From the NCBI RefSeq assembly GCF_001194135.2, contig NC_068987.1:38365748-38402388 (forward strand): a DNA stretch of 36,641 nt, read 5' to 3'. The notes under the pieces were generated by a model that was not told where the DNA came from, searched no databases, and saw only the letters and a program-made list of their open reading frames with translations. The position numbers and the translations under genes are program-made. Within the stretch, counting starts at the first letter, position 1. Each line of letters opens with the position of its first letter. Shown one piece after another: positions 23,001-33,240 of the stretch. Origin of the DNA: Octopus bimaculoides (taxonomy: Eukaryota).

Positions 23001-24290
23001 AAAACAAAAGTATTACTGAAAAGGGCTAACAGAAATTAACAGGATTCCAAAGTTAAAAAAAGATGCACACAACACCATTTGGTTCTTGGGTGTTTTTAGT
23101 GAGGTTCACCCTGTTGTAAACATTTGGGATATGTCCGTGGATTAAAGATTAACTTCTTCCTTGTTGGTGACTCTGAAAAAGCACAGGTTTTGGTTACTGC
23201 CCTTCCTCCTACTTGATAAAACTAAAATAATATAAACAAATTCCGAGACCTTCAATACACAACCCTTCAAAGTACTAGGCATAAGCATAAAGTAATTGAG
23301 TATCTTAGAGTAATTAAATCGGGTGTTCAAAAGTAATTAAGTTAAAAAAATAAAATCCTTAAAAAAACATGCAACAAATAAAAAGAAATTAATTTTAAAA
23401 AATTAACAAGGTTCACAATGTCTTACAATTTATCCTTAAGAATTAATACTCAAAGTTAGACTTTGATTAAAATACCTGACTAGCATTCTGTAAAATGTTT
23501 ACAAGGTATTTAAGTAGTGTCTGTTTCAGAAACTAAAAATGACACATGAACAATATTTATTCTCAAGAACAAAAGCACCAAGATTTATCTGTCAACTATT
23601 TATGTGCTAGCTTCAATAAACTTTCTTAATGGCACAGCAATAAACTTCAGAATATTAGCAGATATCAGCAGAAGGTTGAAAGTTATGTCAAAAGTAATTT
23701 GGAAGAATTAATAATAAAAAATGGTTTTAAAAAGAAAGCTGTTTAGTAGTGAAAAATCTTAAATATGGATAGGATTAACTCTCAAAAGGTTTTACATTCT
23801 TCTAAAAGAAGATTGCTGTTATTAAATAAGGCAGCTCCAATATTGCAAAAATGTGTAAAACATTAAAACAAGATGAAAACTACTATTCTAAACCAGATAA
23901 ATAAATAAATAGAAGCCCAAATATCAAAGTGCTTAATACTCTTAAGAAGTTGGTGATATTTGGTGAAGATTGCTGATATCTATTGCATTTCTGTCAAATA
24001 ATGTACTTACAAAATATCTTGCTGGGCCAAATAAAATTGCATTTATAAGCAATTTTTATTCATGTGCAGATTATTCAAAAGTGTAATCAAATGTTGAACA
24101 TCAGTTGTTCTTCATATGATTTAAGAAGTAAAATATTCAGATAAGTACAGAAACAAAGAGAACAGAACAAAGTATATAAGTATACTTTCTATTGATGTTT
24201 GTCTCACAGATTATTTTCTTTGTCTTGGATTTGCTGCTAACAACATTTCAGTTGCAATTTTCTCCAGTCTTTCTGCAGGAGATATTCTTC
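19940..24290 (-). repeat. Four co-oriented diverged ~70-110-bp repeats (19940-20035, 21608-21722, 23080-23180, weaker 24221-24285)
   Basis: Copies 1 and 2 match at 36/49 without gaps. Copies 2 and 3 match at 43/73 without gaps, with 24 of 30 mismatches being transitions. Confidence 0.7.
21425..21610 (-). mobile_element. Decayed tRNA-derived SINE
   Basis: The minus strand starts ggcaaaatggcagaattattagagc. It is the same family as 19803 and 27015. Confidence 0.55.
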
Positions 24291-24383
24291 AGCTAGATCA
24301 AGAATTGAACTTGCAACTTTTGTTCAAATTTGCTATAAATAAATGCTTCATTTTTAATCCTTTGCATAGCCAAGGAATAGAAG

Positions 24384-24515
24384 CAGGCATGGTTGTGGTT
24401 AAACTCATAACCACATGATTTCAGGTTCAATGTTATGTACATTATCTTTGAGTTGACCGTAACCTTGTAAATGGAATTTGCTTGACAGAAACATTTTGGA
24501 AGTCGTCTGAAGTAA
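24384..24515 (+). mobile_element. Decayed SINE (family of 34867)
   Basis: gcaggcatggttgtggtt...aaccacatgatttcaggttca...gaccgtaaccttgtaaatggaatttg. Confidence 0.55.
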
Positions 24516-24721
24516 GTGTTTCTATTCTTGGCTGGTAGATTTAATCTGTCACCCAGTTTAATATCACTACCTGACCATTATATACCTTTAGTAGCGTCCA
24601 TTCGGTTGTGAACATCCAAGTTGGGTCTCCTGTCTCAGAATAACTTCTTACTTTTCCACCTGTAGCCTCTGAGGCTTTATAAAGAATCCCATTGATTATC
24701 ATATTAAATTACCAACTTCTA

Positions 24722-25130
24722 CAGGGTGGAGAAGTAAAATTTGGAATATTTTGGAAGCCTTATTTTTCATATATTCCTGAGCGTAAATACTAAAATATTG
24801 TTTTTTATTTCAGGGTGGAGGTATACAGAGTTAGTTTAAGCAGAATTTCCAGTCATACGATCTAACGTGTCCATTTAAGAAGTCAAGAGACAAAGCATTG
24901 CAAATTTGCTTTGTGACATGTCTGAGTACTTCGTCATGAAGAGTTGTGATGCTTTCAGGCAGCATGTGACAGCAGTAATGGACAATGAAGGCAGACATAT
25001 TGAATAAATTGTCTCTTTATACCCCTATATACTTGTGTTAAAATTACATTTATGTCAGGTTGTTGGTTGTTGTAATATAAACAATTTGGTGAATTATCTA
25101 TTATTTTCCAAGTTTTGCTTCCCCACTCTG
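24722..25130 (+). mobile_element. 409-bp Tc1/mariner non-autonomous element (MITE-like)
   Basis: TA TSD (24720-21, 25131-32) and 28-bp TIRs with 5 mismatches (cagggtggagaagtaaaatttggaatat). It retains the transposase C-terminus KSCDAFRQHVTAVMDNEGRHIE*. Confidence 0.85.
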
Positions 25131-25869
25131 TAAATTAGAACAAACCCGTAGACATATTTTTTAAATTTTAGTTTTGGGGTTCTTCCTAATGTTATCTGTT
25201 CCTTTAGAAAATTTATCTAACAACTCTGTGTGGCAGTTATTCCTTACAATAGTGAAGTATACGAAGATGGATTTCATGTTTTATGCCATTTCTGTAACTT
25301 TACTATTAACTATATCAGCTGAAAACAATTGAAGTGATTAAAATAATTGTATCCACCTAAAGACAATAGTGAGAATATCAGCAGTAAATCTTAGATGAGG
25401 AAAATAATTCAACACACATAGAAATACAATATCCCATTCAAATATTTTACAGTAGTAGATTATGAATTTGATACTATAACTAAAATAATAGACATGAACA
25501 TTGCAGCTGTCTTGATGACAAAGTAGAGTTTAAAATATTACTATGCTAGAGTTTCAGAAATGGCTTAAAAGCATGAAACCATTTAGTATAGTTCACTGCT
25601 GAAAACAACAGTTAAAAAGTAGTACAAAATTTTCAAAAACTAACAAATTGAAATACAAATGCATGGAAGAAGCATCATGGATACAATCTTCCTAGTGAGA
25701 TCTGTTTTGTCACAGATCAATTGTGCTATAACTCTCTCTTATTTTCATAACCTGATCCAGTAGTTTGATTCCTCTATAATTTCCTCTCTCTAAGTCATCA
25801 CTTTTGCCTTGTAGCAGCTATTGGTAATACTGCTATACCAAACATTGATAAATGAGCAGAGTGAATGTA

Positions 25870-26315
25870 AAAGCAAGAGGATCCTTTTATCTTTTCTGGT
25901 ACCAAAATATAATTCACTATGTGCCCACTGTCATTTCTCCAGTTCTATTTCCACAACATCTCAAATGATTTCTAACATGCAAGGCCACACATTTTAGGAA
26001 GTTGGGGTATCATCAACTGAATATACCACAGTAATTACTGGAATTCATTTTATAAACTCCAAACCAAATGAAAGTCATTCTGTTATCAGACATTAGTGAG
26101 ATCTGAACTCATAACATAACAGTATACAACTGCAAAATATTATAAGGTATTTAAATGATGATCTACCTTCCCCCTGAAATTTCTAACATAGAGAAAAGGG
26201 AGGGGGATACAATCAATTAGAAAAAATTTAATACTTCATTGAAACTTATTTTATTGATTCTGGAAGGATGAAAGGCAAAATTGAACTCAGCTGAATTTTT
26301 TAACTTAAAACATAA
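25870..26315 (-). mobile_element. Two decayed SINE fragments
   Basis: Contains ttattttattgattctggaaggatgaaaggcaaaattgaactcagctgaatt, a recognisable SINE core. Boundaries are approximate. Confidence 0.4.
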
Positions 26316-27014
26316 AAGGATGTCACTACACTTTACAAAACCATTTTTGTTTCTCCAGCACTACCAATTCTACCCTACACCTCTCTATTGTTTCAAACAA
26401 TATAATCAGTTCACCAAACTTTATTGGCCATTAGTCTTTATATGTTTTATTGATATTTTCATATTATTTCTTCTGCTGAAAACTTCTATGAGAAATAATA
26501 AATCTTCCAAGTTGCTCATTATGAGCAACAAAATGAAATACTTATAAAGTTTATCATCTACAGAAAAGTAAATAGCTATTAATCTTGTACATAGCTGTGT
26601 CTGTGACAGTTGCTGTCAGATTTGCATACACATTTAATAATTAATTTTTTCTTACACATGTACTGATTTCTTATTGTAAATGTACACCTCATTGCAAAGC
26701 ATACAGGATATATTTCCAACTTTGATTAAAAATAACTTTAGGATTATAATCTCTAGATTTACATGTTCTTTCTGAATTTGAAATTGTTTTAGGACAAGGG
26801 TAAACACATATTCTTATTATAGAATTAATTCTTTCATGTGATCTATGATGTGTTACATAATTTTCTGTTGAAATTAATTGCCATATTTACACAGCGATAG
26901 AATTTAATCTAAATATTGACTGAGGTATTAATATTCTGATTGAAAGAAAGAGAGAGAGAGAGAGGATGCCAGAACCCATAGGTTCTCCCATGAGGTTATG
27001 ATATTAAAATTGTT

Positions 27015-27200
27015 CTAGATTGGTAGAATTGTTAGAAGACTGGTCAAAATGCCTTGCTGAATTTGTTTCAGCTCTTTGCTTTCTAAGTTCAAATCCAGCT
27101 GATTGATATTTTATTTTATCCGTCCCTCTGGAACGGATAAAATAAAATATCAATCAAGTATTAGGACTTAATTTAATTGACTGACAATCAGTTTGTACCA
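27015..27200 (+). mobile_element. tRNA-derived SINE containing a perfect 24-bp hairpin
   Basis: Head ttggtagaattgttag...aagttcaaatcc. Inverted repeat 27100-27123 / 27133-27156. Confidence 0.6.
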
Positions 27201-27289
27201 ACACAAAATGGACTGACATAGCCTATGGCTTAGTATGGCAGAGCTAACATACACAGAAAATCATCATCATCAACAGCAGTAGTAGTCAG

Positions 27290-27818
27290 AAGTGGGGAAG
27301 TGAAGACACTTTTAAATTGTTCATGGAGTATCTCACTTATCCTTTCTGGGTTTGCCATCAGTGAGTCATTCCCTTGGAACAATGGTTCTATTTTATATTG
27401 TATTGTGGCTGTTTCCTTGGCAAATTTATAGATTCAGGTTGGATAAGGCTTGAGTCCTCCTGATAGGGTAGATACCAACAGTTCACACAGGACCATATAT
27501 AGTTAGTTCAACAGTGTTAGGATCTGAGAGTGCCATTGGTGTCACCTTCACATTATGGATAAGGTCCACATTATTTGTGAAGCATAGGTCTAATATGTTG
27601 TTTCTCCTGGTTGGCCTGAATATCACTTGCTCCATGAACAGCTTATTAGTAAGTTCAAATAATGACTCTACATGCTTTCTGGCTATTTGACATGTGGGAG
27701 GTTGAAATCTCCCAAGAAGAGTATGTTGATGTTCTGATCTAGGTTTGTTAATACCTCTTTGATGTGTTTGAGGCTATCCTCAAATTTTCCACCATATTTT
27801 GCAGTATTTGGCAGACGA
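27290..27818 (-). mobile_element. CR1/L2-type LINE, APE endonuclease fragment
   Basis: YRLPN...[14 protein letters not shown]...LFMEQVIFRPTRRNNILDLCFTNNVDLIHNVKV..LSDPNTV contains the GDFNLP, PTR.NNILDL and SD motifs. Confidence 0.8.
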
Positions 27819-28050
<232 letters not shown>

Positions 28051-28582
28051 TCATCATCAGCATCATCATCGTTTAACGTTCACTTTCTATGCTAGCATGG
28101 GTTGGACGATTTGACTGAGGACTGGTGGACCAGGTGGCTACACAGGCTCCAATCTGATTTGGCAGAGTTTCTACAGCTGGATGCCCTTCCTACTGTCAAC
28201 CACTCTGAGAGTGTAGTGGGTGCTTTTACGTGCCACTGGCACGAAGGCCAGTCAGGCAGTACTAGCAATGGCCATGCTCGAAATGGTGTATTTTATGTGC
28301 CACCTGCACAGGAGCCAGTTCAGCGGTACTGGCAACGATCTCACTCGAATGTCTTTTCATGTGCCACTGGCACAAGTGCCAGGAAGGCAACTTTGGTAAC
28401 GATCACGCTCAAATGGTGCTATTTATTTGCTACCGGCACAGAAGCCAGACAGCTGGTGCTCTGGCAATGATCACACTCGGACAGTGCTCTTAGTCCTCCA
28501 CTGGTACAGATGCCATCATGATTTCGCTTTCGCATGCCCTAACAGGTCTTCGCAAGCCGAGTTTCGTGTTCAATGAAAGAGA
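28051..28582 (-). mobile_element. RTE LINE 3' end, 5'-truncated or cut by the gap
   Basis: (CAT)n tail, gtttaacg...gctagcatgggttgg terminus, and ~5 internal ~70-bp repeat units. Confidence 0.85.
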
Positions 28583-28592
28583 NNNNNNNNNN
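28583..28592. other. Assembly gap (N)
   Basis: N run. Confidence 1.
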
Positions 28593-28607
28593 ATGTATAT
28601 ATATATA

Positions 28608-29815
28608 TATCATCATCATCATTTAACATCTGCTTTCCATGCTAGCATGGGTTGGATGATTTAACTGAGGACTGGCGAACCAGATGGCTGCACTAGGCTC
28701 CAATCTGATCTGTCAGAGTTTCTACAGCTGGATGCCCTTTCTGATGCCAACCACGCCGAGAGTGTAGTGGGTGCTTTTACGTGCCACTGTCAACCACATT
28801 GTTCCACCACCACATTATTTTGGGTCAAGAGGGGCCTTTGCATCATCCACAGATCTGGTCAGTGGCCCTCAGCAGATTGTTTCGTAGAAACCTCCAGTTG
28901 TCTTCTACATCATGTGAAGCTATATCCTCTTCTATTTCGTCAAAGGCTTCGAGTAATAAGTCTCTAAATCTCTGTCCATTTGCAGGACCATGCTGGTCGT
29001 CTTCTGGGCATCCACTTAGCCCTGATCCTGAAGTCACTAATTACCAGTCTATGTTGTGGGGTACATTCTTTTCCAGGGAAAGTTTCGGCATTTAGAAGCA
29101 GCTACCTTTCCCTTTTTCTGGCAGGATGTAGTCAATTTGGCTAGTGTCTCTGCCAGATCGGTAGGTGACTAGGTGACTGGCATGTTTCCTGAAGTTAGTA
29201 TTGCTGACCATAAGGTCATTTGCATTGCAGAACTCCAGCAGCCTGGTTCCCTCCTCATTGCGGGAACCAAAACCATAACCTCCATGTAGGCCATGGAAGC
29301 CCCCTGTATGTTGTCCAATATGTTCATTGAAGTCACCAGAGAAGGTCCCTGTCATTCGTCAATGAGGTAATCTGCAAGAGGGTGTCATAAAATTTGTCTT
29401 TCTGTCCATCGAGTAGCCCCGGCTGAGGGGCATAGGCTGAGATAGTGGTTGCTAACCCATGATGAAGCACTAATCTAATCTTAAGTATTCTGTCGCATAT
29501 CCTGACTACCTTGATTACCTTAGCCACCCATTTCTCCACAAGAAGTATACCGACGCCCCCAACCCTGTCTTTGTTCCTTGCTCAGAAAATCTTGTACCTG
29601 TGTTCTTTGCCTGTGAGGAACCTAGCGGAACCTCCTCTGCGCCTTACTTCTTGGAGGCAGCACATATCGACATATCTCCGTTCAAGCATCTCAACAATCT
29701 CACCAAACCTACCTTTCTGTGTGTTGACATTGAGAGTGCCAACCCTGAGGGTGTGGGAGGTATGGGCCTATGAGACCCTGGGACGGGGGACAGCAGCACC
29801 ATGTACCTGAAAAGA
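28608..29815 (-). mobile_element. RTE LINE with APE endonuclease retained and RT deleted
   Basis: LRVGTLNV...CCLQEVR...GVGILL...SAYAPQ...GDFNEHIG..GYGFGSRNEEGTRLLEF...SQIDYIL (2 stops, frameshifts), then WWWNNVV joined directly to the 3' UTR at ~28790. Confidence 0.9.
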
Positions 29816-30155
29816 AAGCTCACATTTGGCAGAATTCATAAACAAACAAACAATAACCTTCAATTCAACCTGCAAACACTGCACTATCATATTTTTGCAC
29901 TATATGATCACTACCTTACATAGGAGATAAACCCTAAGTAGGGGTGGGGGTGGCATGAAGCCTTTAGAAGTGTTCATGGGAGACAACCAAAGGATTACAG
30001 AGGATAGAGGGCAGGTGTACCGCGAACTAGCAAATTTAGACGTATCTTCTGGATATGTATTCTTTCGACGGAGGTATTAAGAAATTGAGTAGGGGAATCC
30101 AAGTGCATGCGCTAGTTTATATAGGGTGGTGGTGGAGGAAGTCTTGGTGAAGAGA

Positions 30156-30282
30156 GTGAGGCCAAGAGAGAGAGACAGACAGACAGACAGAGTGAGGTCA
30201 AAAGAGAGAGAGAGACAGACAGACAGAGTGAGGCCGTGACAGAGAAAGAGAGAGATAGAGTGAGGCAGAGAGGGAGGGGGTA
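30156..30282 (+). repeat. Four-unit ~35-bp minisatellite (agtgagg + (GA)n/(GACA)n)
   Basis: Directly visible units starting at ~30157, 30191, 30226 and 30259. Confidence 0.8.
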
Positions 30283-30733
30283 GTCAGAACACGAGGGAGA
30301 AAAATATTCTTTTGGGATTTATGTAGCATAATTTAACGAGACAGCAGATGATGATGATAGTAAAATAGAATTGAAAAATCTGAGAGTTTTCGGTCAGCCA
30401 ATCTAGGACAAAATTAGAGAAATAAGTGACTGTGTGATAAACTTTAATAAATGAATGTTGCAGTTAAGGAAATATGTGAACTAAGGTTATCTTAAGTCAA
30501 CAACAAGGAATGAAACTATTGAAATTATATTTACATGATGACATGGTAATGAAATAGACAGAATAATGAAAAGAACTAATAAGGGGTTTATGATCTGCGC
30601 AGAAATAGAAGAGTAGATGAACGAGGTTGAAAAGACAAAACTTCTTATCTGAGCATTTTCTGTGTTTTGTATTCTTCAGCAGAGGTATTAAAATCGAGTA
30701 TCTATACATACATACGTATATATATATATATAT

Positions 30734-31692
30734 NNNNNNNNNNNNNNNNNNNNNNNNNNNNNNNNNNNNNNNNNNNNNNNNNNNNNNNNNNNNNNNNNNN
30801 NNNNNNNNNNNNNNNNNNNNNNNNNNNNNNNNNNNNNNNNNNNNNNNNNNNNNNNNNNNNNNNNNNNNNNNNNNNNNNNNNNNNNNNNNNNNNNNNNNNN
30901 NNNNNNNNNNNNNNNNNNNNNNNNNNNNNNNNNNNNNNNNNNNNNNNNNNNNNNNNNNNNNNNNNNNNNNNNNNNNNNNNNNNNNNNNNNNNNNNNNNNN
31001 NNNNNNNNNNNNNNNNNNNNNNNNNNNNNNNNNNNNNNNNNNNNNNNNNNNNNNNNNNNNNNNNNNNNNNNNNNNNNNNNNNNNNNNNNNNNNNNNNNNN
31101 NNNNNNNNNNNNNNNNNNNNNNNNNNNNNNNNNNNNNNNNNNNNNNNNNNNNNNNNNNNNNNNNNNNNNNNNNNNNNNNNNNNNNNNNNNNNNNNNNNNN
31201 NNNNNNNNNNNNNNNNNNNNNNNNNNNNNNNNNNNNNNNNNNNNNNNNNNNNNNNNNNNNNNNNNNNNNNNNNNNNNNNNNNNNNNNNNNNNNNNNNNNN
31301 NNNNNNNNNNNNNNNNNNNNNNNNNNNNNNNNNNNNNNNNNNNNNNNNNNNNNNNNNNNNNNNNNNNNNNNNNNNNNNNNNNNNNNNNNNNNNNNNNNNN
31401 NNNNNNNNNNNNNNNNNNNNNNNNNNNNNNNNNNNNNNNNNNNNNNNNNNNNNNNNNNNNNNNNNNNNNNNNNNNNNNNNNNNNNNNNNNNNNNNNNNNN
31501 NNNNNNNNNNNNNNNNNNNNNNNNNNNNNNNNNNNNNNNNNNNNNNNNNNNNNNNNNNNNNNNNNNNNNNNNNNNNNNNNNNNNNNNNNNNNNNNNNNNN
31601 NNNNNNNNNNNNNNNNNNNNNNNNNNNNNNNNNNNNNNNNNNNNNNNNNNNNNNNNNNNNNNNNNNNNNNNNNNNNNNNNNNNNNNNNNNNN
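30734..31692. other. Assembly gap (N)
   Basis: N run. Confidence 1.
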
Positions 31693-31846
31693 ATATATAT
31701 ATATATATATATATATAGCAAAAATTTAGATTCAGGTGAATATGGTACCTAAGTTTAGGCACCAGAATTTTGTATGCTATTATCTATACAATTTCAAAGT
31801 AAGGTAAGTAAAATCAAAATAAGCAACAAGGATATCCAGAGGTAAA

Positions 31847-31931
31847 GCAGTACGATCATTTCATGCAACTCCATTTGATTGAACAATGTAATCATTGCAT
31901 CAATTTAAAATGCAGAGCAATCTTCAGCTGC
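31847..31931 (-). ncRNA. Type-I hammerhead ribozyme motif with canonical core (probably a Penelope pLTR)
   Basis: Minus strand: gcag-CTGAAGA-tTGC...GCAt-GAAA-tgatcg-TA-ctgc. Stem I is 4 bp; the stem II closing pair is U-U; loop 3 is a CpG-decayed CGATCG palindrome. Confidence 0.55.
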
Positions 31932-32169
31932 ATAAAGACATAGAATGTAATTAAATTAGAACAGATGGACACATTAGTATAATAATACCTAAAATCTCCC
32001 AGAGATTAGGGAGATAGACAGAGAACATCTTGCTTTAGCCACACCATGGAAGCTTCCATATATATATATGTAAACAGAGTTAGCAGTTATAGTAACTGAC
32101 TAAGGGATAAAATATCTGTATATACTATCGGTATCTGTTATCTGTATTATCCCCGGGCAATGGTGTCCA

Positions 32170-32630
32170 TGCACACCATACATGTATGCCCAAACCTTCT
32201 AGAAGGATCAGAATTCCTTTTCAAAGAGGGACAAAAATTCAAAATCAAATTTGACTTTACTTGTGCTTCAGAAAATGTGATTTATGTTATAAGATGCTCA
32301 GGCTGCCACCAAAACTACATCAGATCCATGAGATTATCGCTCAGATGCAGCTGCACTCTGCACTGACAGCAGATCGCATTCCCAGAATACAGAATGATAC
32401 CCTTTAGTGAACATATTAAGAAATGTGCAAAGCAACTGCTACCACAATTTGTAATCTTTCCATTCTATCAATGTGCCATTGTAACACCAACACAAGTTAG
32501 ATTAAATAAAGAAACCTACTTCATTGAAAAATGTATGCCAAAACTTAACTATTTCTAACATTTTTAAATAAGGAAACTCACCTCATTGAAAAACTATAAA
32601 GCAAAACCTAACCACTTGTAACATTTTATC
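32170..32630 (+). mobile_element. Penelope-like GIY-YIG domain, 3' part
   Basis: CPNLLEGSEFLFKEGQKFKIKFDFTCASENVIYVIRCSGCHQNYI...QQI..PEYRMIPFSEHIKKC...IFPFYQ...KETYFIEKCMPKLN. Confidence 0.85.
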
Positions 32631-32721
32631 CTTTCTAATCCAAATCATGTTAAATTAATAAAACCTAGTCGTTCCCAACATTTTTGATTATCTCCCTTAT
32701 ACTGAAAAAATCCCTGATAGG

Positions 32722-33240
32722 TTAGATTTGATTTTGAATTTTTATCCCTCTTTGAAAAGGAATTCTGATCCTTCTAGAAGGTTTGGGCATGTTGTGCAAT
32801 TTGGTCAACCACATTGTTTCACTTTTGCGTCCGTTATTTTAGAAAATAATTTTGCCTTTGTGAGGATCTTTTTTAGTGATTTCGGTTGTTTGTGGCTTTT
32901 AATGATTTTATGTGTGTGTAAAATTTCCTTTAATTTGGGATCCTTATGTAGCATTGGTAAATTTTGGGTGATGATGGTGAAGGCTTCATTGTTTCTGGAG
33001 TTGTATGTGGATATGTACGGCAATATTTTCGGGGAAGGTGTGTTGCTGTTCTCATTTCAAATCTTGTAATTATCAGCTAACCTATCTTCCTTTTGGTCCT
33101 TAATAAGGCCAGTACTAATTGAGGTCTTAGAACATATAGATTCACCTCCTAGTTTTCACTTTGAATTCTGTTGAGATAAAGTTTTCACACTTTGATAAAA
33201 TAGTTGGCTTGTAGAGGAATAGCGTTAGGTAAAATCAATA
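32722..33240 (-). mobile_element. Penelope-like RT-thumb/linker region, 5' part, inverted relative to 32170-32630
   Basis: KILPYISTYNSRNNEAF..I..NLPML...IIKSHKQPKSLKKILTKAK...VKQCG*PNCTTCPNLLEGSEF. Confidence 0.85.

Noticed and set aside
24538-24701. 54-codon minus-strand ORF (NGILYKASEATGGKVRSYSETGDPTW...)
   Set aside because: No good acceptor. It is wedged between a SINE and a MITE and partly shared with a repeat at 21195.
28102-28500. 122-aa ORF and regularly repeated ~70-bp units suggesting a CRISPR-like array
   Set aside because: These are antisense RTE 3' UTR internal repeats. The units are degenerate, lack unique spacers and sit in a eukaryotic context without cas genes.
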